Part shown: piece by piece, positions 1 to 7,997 of the stretch
How the letters are laid out: each line of letters begins with the position of its first letter
How positions within the stretch are numbered: the first letter of the stretch is position 1
Origin: Octopus sinensis
Lineage: Eukaryota
DNA: 18,653 bases
Assembly (NCBI RefSeq): GCF_006345805.1
Contig: NW_021824466.1
Span: forward strand, 1-18,653
Direction: 5' to 3'
Notes under the pieces: generated by a model
Databases searched by the model: none
What the model was told of the DNA's origin: nothing
The model's input: only the letters and a program-made list of their open reading frames with translations
Made by a program: the position numbers and the translations under genes

Positions 1-412
1 GCTGTGTGGTAAGTAGCTTGCTAACCAACCACATGGTTCCGGTTCAGTCCTACAGCGTAGCATCTTGGGCAAGTGTCTTCTGCTATAGCCCCGGGCCGAC
101 CAATGCCTTGTGAGTGGATTTGGTAGACGGAAACTGAAAGAGCCTGTCGTATATATGTATATATATATATAGATGTATGTGTGGTGTTGTGTTTGTGTGT
201 CTGTGTTTGTCCCCCTAGCATTGCTTGACAATCGATGCTGGTGTGTTTACGTCCCCGTCACTTAGCGGTTCGGCAAAAGGAGACCGATAGAATAGTACTG
301 GGCTTACAAAGAATAAGTCGCGGGGTTTTTGCTCGACTAAAAAAAAGGCGGTGCTCCAGCATGGCCGCAGTCAAATGACTGAAACAAGTAAAAGAGAAAT
401 TAAAGAGAGAAT
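1..412 (+). mobile_element. tRNA-derived SINE, family A (head, internal TA/GT microsatellite, 3' half, AGTAAAAG tail)
   Basis: Aligns by eye along its length with 9574-9973; 3' half also matches 10160-10318 and 16408-16630. Resembles octopus OK/OR-group SINEs; exact name not assigned. Confidence 0.85.
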
Positions 413-417
413 ATATA

Positions 418-713
418 TCACTGTGACCAACCAGGCTATCAGATGTTGTTACACATCGCTGGTCACAATGCGCTCTGCATTGTTTTCGCCTTCAAATGAC
501 GCCACTCCGCTGGCTAAGCGAGCAGGCCAAAAGAAAGAGTGAGAGAAAGTTGCTGTGAAAGAGTACAGCAGGGATCGCCACCTCCCACTGCCGGAGCCTC
601 ATGGAACTTTAGGTGTTTTCGCTCAATAAACACTCACAACGCCCGGACTGGGAATCGAAACCGCGATCCTCCGACCGTGAGTCCGCTCACCTAACCACTG
701 GGCCATTGCGCCT
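418..713 (-). mobile_element. tRNA-derived SINE, family B, alternative 3' tail
   Basis: ~535-713 is the reverse complement of the head and body of 3314-3500 (A box TGGCCCAGTGG, B box GGTTTCGATTCC); 418-535 is a different tail. Confidence 0.85.
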
Positions 714-715
714 GT

Positions 716-756
<41 letters not shown>
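714..756. repeat. (CA)n(TA)n microsatellite
   Basis: Directly visible. Confidence 0.95.
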
Positions 757-1008
757 CGAGCAAAATACCCCGCGTCCAATGGACGGTGCTGAGTTGTCAA
801 ACATTTAAACCAAATTTTCTCAAATCAACTTGTCTTTATCGATCGCATTCTCACCTGGAATAGATTTTTGTAATTTTTCAAGACTTATACATGCCCTGAT
901 ACCGTCGGTATCTACATATCAAATTTGAGCGCAATCGGATGGAGGATGCCCGAGATCCTATAAGACACACACACACACAGACAGACAGAACGGATTTTAT
1001 ATAATAGA
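757..1008 (-). mobile_element. Non-autonomous Helitron-like element (Lep1/DINE-1-like architecture)
   Basis: Minus strand begins A^TCTATTATATAAAA then CTGT/GT microsatellite; subterminal hairpin CGTCCA-A-TGGACG (773-785) 16 nt from the end; ends CTCG^T (degenerate CTAG); sits in an A^T site with no TSD. Confidence 0.65.
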
Positions 1009-1123
1009 TGTGTGTGTGTGTGTTTTGTGTATAGTTGGAATTTAAAAAAAAAACAAATAAGACGAACACGGGTGTATAAACAACAAACAGGTGTATTAGT
1101 TTAACGCTCGGGAAGTGAGGAAG

Positions 1124-1160
1124 TATTTTACGTTTCGAGCCTACGCTCTTCAACAGAAAG
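1124..1160 (-). ncRNA. Degenerate minimal type I hammerhead-like motif
   Basis: Minus RNA: CUUU CUGUUGA A GAGC-GUAG-GCUC GAA ACGU A^AAA. Stem II 4 bp, palindromic ACGU in place of stem III, stem I UUU/AAA; conserved A6 is U. Confidence 0.5.
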
Positions 1161-1474
1161 GAACACGAGGAAATAAACAGGGAGGGGAAATTAAAAAAAC
1201 AAACGTTTAGTGCCTAGGGATCAATCAGGGCGAATGCCGACAGAGGTGGTCAGACAGGAGATCTAGGAAGAAGGGGAGATAATAAAGTAGTGGTGATCCC
1301 AAAACAAAGGTGCGCGTGTGTGTGTGTGTATGTGTGAGCGTGTATGAACGTGTGGAAGGGGGCTGGTGACCTTGGCGTGTGAGTGTGCGCATGTGTAGGT
1401 GTGTGAATGATGGTGTGGGAGCTGGGAAGTGGACAGTTCTAGTGTGTGCGGGGTGGTGTGATGTGGTGTGGTGC

Positions 1475-1687
1475 GTTAGCACGCCGGGCGAAATGCTTAG
1501 CGGTATTTCGTCTGCGTTACGTTGTGAGTTCGAATTCCGTCGAGGTCGACTTTGCCTTTCATCCTTTCGGGGTCGATAAATTAAGTACCAGTTACGCACT
1601 GGGGTCGATGTAATCGACTTAATACCTATGTCTGTCCTTGTTTGTCCCCTCTGTGTTTGGCCCCTGGTGGGTAATAAAGAAATAGGT
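1475..1687 (+). mobile_element. tRNA-derived SINE, family C
   Basis: GTTAGCACGCCGGGCGAAATGC...GAGTTCGAATTCC (B-box-like)...GGGGTCGAT...AAAGAAATAGGT; homologous to 2531-3133 and 17551-17647. Confidence 0.85.
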
Positions 1688-2019
1688 GTGTGGTGTGGTG
1701 GTATGTGGTGTGGCAAGATGCGGTATGGTGGTGTGTGGTGTGGTGTGGTGTGGTGTGGTAGTGTTGAGGTGTAGGGGAGGCGAGGGTGGGGGAAGCAAGG
1801 GTGGGTGTGAGATAGAGGTGAGAGTGGGGTATGCGGGAGTGCGGTTTAAGGGGAGGGGTGGGGTCTGTAGGAGTTGATGGTATGTGGGGGTAACATGGGA
1901 TGTATAGGGATGTTTGGTTTGAAATGTGTAGGGGTGCTGTAATGATGAAGGGTGGAAGGGAGAAGGGTATGAGTGAAGAGAGGAAGTAGGTGTAAGAGGA
2001 AGAGAGGAGAGGGGAGGTG

Positions 2020-2465
2020 TTAGATAAAGAAGGGCGAAGAGTTGAGCCCATGTGGTGCAAAGGAGCGAAGAGAGAAGATTAATTCCTGTTCACGACGAAG
2101 ATGGGAGTCCGGATGGCCCCTGGGCGAGAACAATCCGAATACCGACAGGTGTTGTAAAGAAAGACCGGTAGAGTGGGAATGGCGCGAGACCGGGGTATCG
2201 TTGCCGAGTCTGATGTCTCAGAGGTGTTCCGCGAACAGGTCAGCCAAGCGGCGTCCCGTTTGATAGATGTACAGAGAAGGACAGACACAGCAGGAGATGC
2301 AGTAGACGACGTTGCTAGAATTGCAGGTGAAGGAGTCAGTGATATGATAGGGCCTATGAGGAAGGCGGTGTTGGAGAGGTAAGGGCAAGTACGTCAGCGT
2401 GGGCGGGAGCAGGGGAACGAGTCGATTTGGGAGGTTGAGTTAGGGAAGAAACTGTGTACCAGGAT
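2020..2465 (-). pseudogene. Penelope-like ORF C-terminus: Cys-rich linker plus GIY-YIG endonuclease, disrupted
   Basis: Hand translation: ILVHS..FPCSRPR*RTCPY..(frameshift)..FTCNSSNVVYCISCCVCPSLYIYQTGRRLADLFAEHL*DIRLGNDTPVSRH..RREQELIFSLRSFAPHGLNSSPFFI*. The VVY..YIxQT.R.L....EH pattern is that of PLE GIY-YIG domains. Premature stops at 2394-2396 and 2218-2220; terminal TAA at 2020-2022. Confidence 0.85.
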
Positions 2466-2530
2466 GTGTGTGTGTGTGTGTGTGTGTGAATGTGCTTCTA
2501 ACAAAATACATTTGCCAATACATAGAAGTT

Positions 2531-3133
2531 GATTAAATAAGTACCAGTTACGCACTGGGGTCGATATAATCAACTTAATCCGTTTGTCTGTCCTTGTTTG
2601 TCCCCTCTGTGTTTAGCCCCTTGTGGGTAGTAAAGAAATAGGTATTTCATCTGCGTTCTGAGTTAAAATTCCGCCGAGGTCGACTTTGCCTTTCATCCTT
2701 TCGGGGTCGATTAAATAAGTACCAGTTACACACTGGGGTCGATATAATTTACTTAATTCGTTTGTCTGTCCTTGTTTGTTCTCTCTGTGTTTAGCCACTT
2801 GTGGGTAGTAAAGAAATAGATATTTCATCTGCGTTCTGAGTTAAAATTCCGCCGAGGTCGACTTTGCCTTTCATCCTTTCGGGGTCGATTAAATAAGTAC
2901 CAGTTACACACTGGGGTCGATATAATCGACTTAATCCATTTGTCTGTCCTTGTTTGTCCCCTCTATGTTTAGCCCCTTATGGGTAGTAAAGAAATAAGTA
3001 TTTCGTCTGCCGCTACGTTCTGAGTTCAAATTCCGCCGATGTCGACTTTGCCTTTCATCCTTTCGGGGTCAATTAAATAAGTACCAGTTACGCACTGGGG
3101 TCGATGTAATCGACTTAATCCCTATGTCCTTGT
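2531..3133 (+). repeat. Head-to-tail tandem array (~3.4 units, periods 178/178/184 bp) of truncated family C SINE
   Basis: (G/A)ATTAAATAAGTACC recurs at 2531, 2709, 2887 and 3071; units align with 1500-1687. Confidence 0.9.
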
Positions 3134-3310
3134 CCAGTGGGTTTCATATAGTAAATAACCAACACAAAGAGAACTGATGAGGTGTGTATGTGTTCAAGGG
3201 AAATAACTCTTAGATTATTCGTATCTTAATGTCTTATTGACTGGTAATAGTTGGCATCGTCAGAAATTCGGGACATGAAATGTCTTTGCAGAATCACTAA
3301 TAGTGCCATG

Positions 3311-3701
3311 AGTGGAGGCGCAATGGCCCAGTGGTTAGGGCAGCGGACTCGCGGTCATAGGATCGCGGTTTCGATTCCCAGACCGGGCGTTGTGAGTGTT
3401 TATTGAGCGAAAACACCTAAAAGCTCCACGAGGCTCCGGCAGGGGATGGTGGTGATCCCTGCTGTACTCTTTCACCACAACTTTCTCTCACTCTTACTTC
3501 CTGTTTCTGTTGTACCTGTATTTCAAAGGGGCCAGCCTTGTCACTCTCTGTGTCACGCTGAATATCCCCGAGAACTACGTTAAGGGTACACGTGTCTGTG
3601 GAGTGCTCAGCCACTTACACGTTAATTTCACGAGCAGGCTGTTCCGTTGATTCGGATCAATCGGAACTTTCGTCGTCGTAACCGACGGAGTGCTTCCACC
3701 A
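3311..3701 (+). mobile_element. Full-length family B SINE with 12-bp TSD
   Basis: A box 3324-3334, B box 3367-3378; AATAGTGCCATG at 3299-3310 and 3702-3713. Confidence 0.92.
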
Positions 3702-3875
3702 AATAGTGCCATGGCTATTCCATGGTATTTTAACTCACGGCCCAGAAATCCATAGACCCAGGTTCGAATCTCATCGAAGCCAATAGTTCACTTTTTTTTT
3801 GTTTGTTTTTGTCGCTCCATGTTGGTTAAAATTGTGTATTGGTCAAGTGCTGGGGGTCAACTTAATCGACTAGCC

Positions 3876-3918
3876 CAGTGGTCCTCAACCAGGGTCCACT
3901 GGCCCTTCGGGGACCATA
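3876..3918 (+). mobile_element. Possible hAT/Charlie-like terminal fragment
   Basis: CAGTGGTCCTCAACC resembles Charlie-type TIRs and follows an 8-mer with central CTAG (GACTAGCC); no partner TIR found. Confidence 0.35.
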
Positions 3919-3929
3919 TTAGATAGGTG

Positions 3930-4092
3930 TAAGCGTGGATGTGTGGTAAGAAGCTTGATTCGCAACCACGTGGTTGAGGAGTTCAATCCCATTGCGTGGC
4001 AACTTGGGTAGCTGTCTTTTACTATAGCCTCGGGCCGACCAAAGCCTTGTCAGTGGATGTGGTAGACGGAAACTAAAAGAAGTCCGTCGTAT
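3930..4092 (+). mobile_element. Family A SINE, diverged 5' half
   Basis: Aligns with 1-150 and 9574-9730 (GTGTGGTAAG...CTATAGCCTCGGGCCGACCAAAGCCTTGT...GGTAGACGGAAACT). Confidence 0.8.

Positions 4093-4179
<87 letters not shown>
4091..4179. repeat. (TACA)n(TA)n microsatellite
   Basis: Directly visible. Confidence 0.95.
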
Positions 4180-4180
<1 letters not shown>

Positions 4181-4288
4181 TAATATTGAGGGGTCAGCAA
4201 AAGAAATGCATCACCACATACCGAAGTTCAGAAATAGCAGCCAAAATCTAAGCCATTTCTTCTACTTTGAAGGAGTCGTTCTAATGTT

Positions 4289-4572
4289 CCATATGCTGGG
4301 ATTGAACCCAAACCTACATGGTTGGGAAGCAATCTTCTTAACCACACAATTACGACATGCTTGCATTGATCAAACGGAATTTCTTGAGGCAGGTTTTCTC
4401 TGTCAGGATATTATTTCTATCTCCAACCCTCAACCGTTTCCAGGAAATGTAATGTTTGCCATTGGCCAGACATGTTTCCACTGAAAACTGGAAAGAAGAG
4501 CCTCTACCTGTATGACGAAGACCGTAATTATCCTGTGATATTAATTAATCTTATCTATGACTAAATCATAAT
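4289..4572. mobile_element. Composite insertion between 18-bp direct repeats (inverted family A SINE head plus another decayed repeat)
   Basis: AGGAGTCGTTCTAATGTT at 4271-4288 and 4573-4590; ~4290-4370 reads on minus as a family A head (GTGTGGTTAAGAAG..GGGTTCAATCCC). Confidence 0.6.
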
Positions 4573-4616
4573 AGGAGTCGTTCTAATGTTTTAGTACCTT
4601 CGGATTATCACAGAAA

Positions 4617-4706
4617 ATCCATACTGAGGAGGAATGTGGTTAGTAAAGTTTATATTTTTGGATATTCTTTATTTAAAACCTAATTCCGAAACGTCCGTCT
4701 ATGTAT
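4617..4706 (+). ncRNA. Type I hammerhead ribozyme with complete catalytic core
   Basis: AUCCAUA (4617-4623), CUGAGGA (4624-4630), GGAAU..AUUCC stem II (4631-4635/4683-4687), GAA (4688-4690), AC-GUCC-GU, C17 = 4699, then UAUGUAU pairing 6/7 with AUCCAUA. Confidence 0.75.
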
Positions 4707-5546
4707 AATCGGATATTGATTGATTTTCGTTACGTTACCCTCTGCCTGGATGAATAAGATTCAAGTATTATGGTTTCTCTGGTAGACCCTTTTTTAAGTA
4801 GAAGAAATGGCTCAGATTTTGGCTGCTATTTCTGAACTTCGGTATGTGGTGATGCATTTCTTTTGCTGACCCCTCAATATTAGTATTACTAGAATTTACC
4901 GTATAACGGTCCTGTTTACATACCGAATTCTACTTGGTGAAATTTATTGATTACTTCGTAATTAATTAGTTTTACCCTTAATTGCTATATATATATACAT
5001 ATATTATATATATACATACATATATAATAATAGTAATAATAATTTGAGGGAATATTATTCCTAACTTACAAGGAAAAATTCAATTTAGAAATACTAAGTC
5101 AAATTTCACTAAATATAATATATATATAAAAATTAGAAAAAAAAACACCTTTTATCAATTCAATAATGAACAATTAAATTACACCATCTATAAAATTACA
5201 TATAATAGAAATATTAAATATAAAATAACAATAATATACCGATGATTAAGTAATGTGCAAAATAATAAATAAAACGCATATATTTGGTAGAATAACAAAT
5301 ATTTACGTTTTTTCTAATATATATATATATATTTGTTGAAATGGAAAGATGAATTTTCTTGTTACGGATTATTCAAAAGTTTAATCGATACCTGGGTAGC
5401 AAAAATCACAGCAGAAAAAACACGGTTGGAGATATGACCATATGGTGTTGCAACCGTGCGTTGGTGCGGATAATTGAAGTTTAATATAATTAGTGAATGG
5501 AAGGAATGGAGTTGAACGAAGATTCTACAGAATTCCTTTTATTACA

Positions 5547-5626
5547 TTCTACACATGTTTCAAAGGCCACAATTTTCCAAATTCTGATTAAATAAGGATA
5601 CCATATTGCAGCTTTCTCTTCAGGAA
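5547..5626 (-). ncRNA. Type I hammerhead motif, left-arm mirror copy
   Basis: Reverse complement of the 5820-5899 motif; stem III region reads GAAACAUGUGUA. Confidence 0.55.
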
Positions 5627-5819
5627 AAAACAGGAATTACGTTGACAAAACAAAACAAAACAGAGGCGCAGCAAAGCAATTCGAAACGAGGACGCTCCTT
5701 AAGAGCCCATGGTTAAACTCATGGGCTCTTTAACCATGGGCTCTTAAGGAGCGTCCTCGTTTCGAATTGCTTTGCTGCGCCTCTGTTTTGTTTTGTTCTG
5801 ACAACGTAATTCCTGGTTT

Positions 5820-5899
5820 TTCCTGAAGAGAAAGCTGCAATATGGTATCCTTATTTAATCAGAATTTGGAAAATTGTGGCCTTTGAAACATGCGTAGAA
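5820..5899 (+). ncRNA. Type I hammerhead motif, right arm
   Basis: UUC, CUGAAGA (5823-5829), GAAAGCUGCAAU / AUUGUGGCCUUU stem II (12 positions, one mismatch, closing G.U instead of G-C), GAA, AC-AUGC-GU, A17 = 5896, GAA. Confidence 0.55.
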
Positions 5900-5953
5900 T
5901 GTAATAAAAGGAATTCTGTAGAATCTTCGTTCAACTCCATTTCTTCCATTCAC

Positions 5954-5956
<3 letters not shown>

Positions 5957-6023
<67 letters not shown>

Positions 6024-6068
6024 GTGTGTGTGTGATATATATATTTCTGTTTGTTGTATACCATGTGT

Positions 6069-6104
<36 letters not shown>

Positions 6105-6112
6105 TATATATA

Positions 6113-6146
<34 letters not shown>

Positions 6147-6190
6147 CTATATATATATATATATTATATATGTGTGTGTGTGTGTGTGTG
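5957..6190. repeat. Compound (TA)n/(GT)n microsatellites
   Basis: Directly visible. Confidence 0.95.
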
Positions 6191-6365
6191 CACGCTTGTG
6201 CCACCTTCACCACCACTTGACAACCGGTGTTTGGTGCGTTTAGGTCCCAGTAACTTAGCGGTTCCGCAAAGGATACCGATAGAATAAGTGCCAGGCTTTA
6301 ACAAGAATGGCTGAAACATTTAACAAATGAAAAATAAATACTCTGGGGTCTTGAATAATCGACCC
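6191..6365 (+). mobile_element. Family A SINE, diverged 3' half
   Basis: CTTGACAACCGGTG..CTTAGCGGTTC..CCGATAGAATAAGT aligns with other family A copies. Confidence 0.7.
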
Positions 6366-6439
6366 CACCCCGCTTGTTAATTTTTCTGATTTTTTTCCCG
6401 ATTCCCCTCGCTGCGCTTTTATTTCCACACTCATCAGCT

Positions 6440-6440
<1 letters not shown>

Positions 6441-6537
<97 letters not shown>

Positions 6538-6767
6538 TATAAAAAAATCAATCAGAAAGGAACTCTATCTCACTCAAAATATCTTTTGATAAGCATAACA
6601 AATGCGCAACCGGTAAAAAAACTTTCACCTAATTAAATACACTCTCCCTTACTTAAATTATTTTGTCAGCATTTTCTTCATTTCCTTTTTTTATATATCA
6701 CAACTCGTGTTCCACATCTCCTTTTTTAAATATATATACACATATTATATATATATATAATATATAT

Positions 6768-6798
<31 letters not shown>

Positions 6799-6808
6799 AT
6801 ATATATAT
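6441..6808. repeat. (CA)n(TA)n tract at ~6441-6540 and degenerate (TA)n tract at ~6730-6808
   Basis: Directly visible. Confidence 0.9.
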
Positions 6809-6979
6809 AGTTGAGACAGGACAACTGCCCCAGTCTGTAACATACGTGTGAGTTGACTGCTATTCCACACTGTAGTCAACACATCTCCATTTTCAATTTT
6901 TCTACGATTTCTCTACCAACCACCAACACAAATTCCACGCAAACTAAGAACTTCAATGACGAACTGTTTATCTTCACAG

Positions 6980-7090
6980 GACAAACTTTTTACAGAATAA
7001 AGATTTAACTACATAGCTCGACTCAAGTCATTTCTATTTGAACCTTTTTCATAACACCATGGCAGAGAAAAGCGTATTTCTTGGTGCGAC
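6980..7090 (+). other. Candidate host exon with translation start (MAEKSVFLGA..)
   Basis: Acceptor TTTATCTTCACAG|G at 6979/6980, no upstream ATG in the exon, ACCATGG at 7056-7062, donor AC|GTAAGG at 7090/7091. Signals only. Confidence 0.25.
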
Positions 7091-7206
7091 GTAAGGAAAC
7101 TCTTCTGTAGAGGAATGGCAAGCTTTTGCTATTATGGGGAACAAATGCAGAGGTGTATGATTCTGAATTAGAGCGAATGAAAGGGAAAACTTATTGGGAT
7201 ACTAAA

Positions 7207-7267
7207 AGGCTGTTCGTTGATCGGATCAACCGGAACCCTCATCGTCGGAACCGACGGAGTGCTTCCA
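7207..7267 (+). mobile_element. Family B SINE 3' tail fragment
   Basis: AGGCTGTTCGTTGATCGGATCAACCGGAACCCTC..GACGGAGTGCTTCC matches ~3636-3697. Confidence 0.85.
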
Positions 7268-7402
7268 TCCATCTGGGTGTTGGCAAATCAACTCCTCATA
7301 AAATTTCTCAGCCTGTAATAGGGAAAGAACTTGTGGTAATCTAGCATGCAGCGATGTTGTAATATCCACTAACCTTTGAAACAAGGCGACCCTCATGCCG
7401 GG

Positions 7403-7483
7403 TGCTCGTGAAATTAACGTGTAAGTGGCTGAGCACTCCACAGACACGTGTACCCTTAACGTAGTTCTCGGGGATATTCAGCG
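7403..7483 (-). mobile_element. Family B SINE internal fragment
   Basis: TGCTCGTGAAATTAACGTG..GGATATTCAGC nearly identical to ~8062-8142. Confidence 0.88.
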
Positions 7484-7489
7484 TATTTT

Positions 7490-7745
7490 AGTGTCCCAGA
7501 CACCCTGAAACAGGGATATCTCGCCAAAGCAGTTCATTTGTTTTATTCGAATTTGGTCGGTGTCGAAAATTTTGATCGACCATTTGATTTTGCTGTTAAA
7601 GTAGCCAAACACTGCTATGAAAAATATCTGAAAGGCGAACTTGTCAGCGTTGAAAAGTTCAAAGAAACATTTCAGAGTCGCTGTATGAGGTCTTGAAACA
7701 AAAGCACCCGGCATGAGGGACGCCTTGTTCTGTTGGAACAAACTA
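7490..7745 (+). pseudogene. Possible pogo/CENP-B-HTH-like transposase N-terminal relic
   Basis: Hand translation VPDTLKQGYLAKAVHLFYSNL..AVKVAKHCYEKYL.. then, after a frameshift, KKHFRVAV*GLETKAPGMRDALFCW, resembling the R..GGGRK..PE....LF.W pattern of pogo-like transposases. Recall only. Confidence 0.4.
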
Positions 7746-7997
7746 TACTTCAATCGATACCACGAGAGACATTCTAATATTGGCTTTTTAGTGTAAATAC
7801 ACTCTTGTTTACACCGGTACCTCCAGCGCCAAACCATCAAATTACTTGGTTTCGAACTGGTTTGGTTTTGTCAATGATGGAAGTAGCGGGGTTTTATTTC
7901 CCCATTAACGATATAAAAATAAATACATTTTGTAACGCAAAGCCAGTATGAGAGTTTCTCTCGTGGTAACTATTGCAGTATAGTTTGTTCTAAGAGA

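Larger units (their letters stand above)
1040..2465 (-). mobile_element. 3' part of a Penelope-like element (GIY-YIG relic, low-complexity 3' region, terminal hammerhead-like motif), interrupted by a SINE
   Basis: GIY-YIG relic at 2020-2465 and CTGTTGAAGAGC..GCTCGAAACGT motif at 1124-1160 on the same strand, in the order expected for a PLE 3' end. Left boundary approximate. Confidence 0.75.
4178..4885. repeat. 90-bp inverted repeat (4178-4267 / 4796-4885) enclosing a hammerhead motif; probable PLE remnant
   Basis: Arms are reverse complements with one mismatch seen (CTAAGCC vs CTGAGCC). PLE assignment is inferred from the enclosed hammerhead and the known inverted pseudo-LTRs of PLEs. Confidence 0.8.
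5490..5956. repeat. 467-bp near-perfect palindrome (228-bp arms, 11-nt spacer)
   Basis: 5490-5717 is the reverse complement of 5729-5956 with no net indel; five mismatches seen (5504, 5553, 5630, 5645, 5648); spacer CTCATGGGCTC. Confidence 0.95.

Noticed and set aside
3174-3215. CTGATGAG..GAAA as a hammerhead or C/D box
   Set aside because: No stem II, stem III or cleavage triplet; no terminal stem for a snoRNA.
3314-3385. tRNA gene (also 8310-8384 and other heads)
   Set aside because: A/B boxes are present, but they are heads of TSD-flanked SINEs and I could not fold a full cloverleaf.
5504-5648. A/G-type mismatches between palindrome arms as an ADAR footprint
   Set aside because: Only three of five mismatches; ordinary transition bias explains them.
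5855-6851. ORFs rich in IYIY/CVCV/THTH
   Set aside because: Read-through of TA, GT and CA microsatellites; no coding signal.
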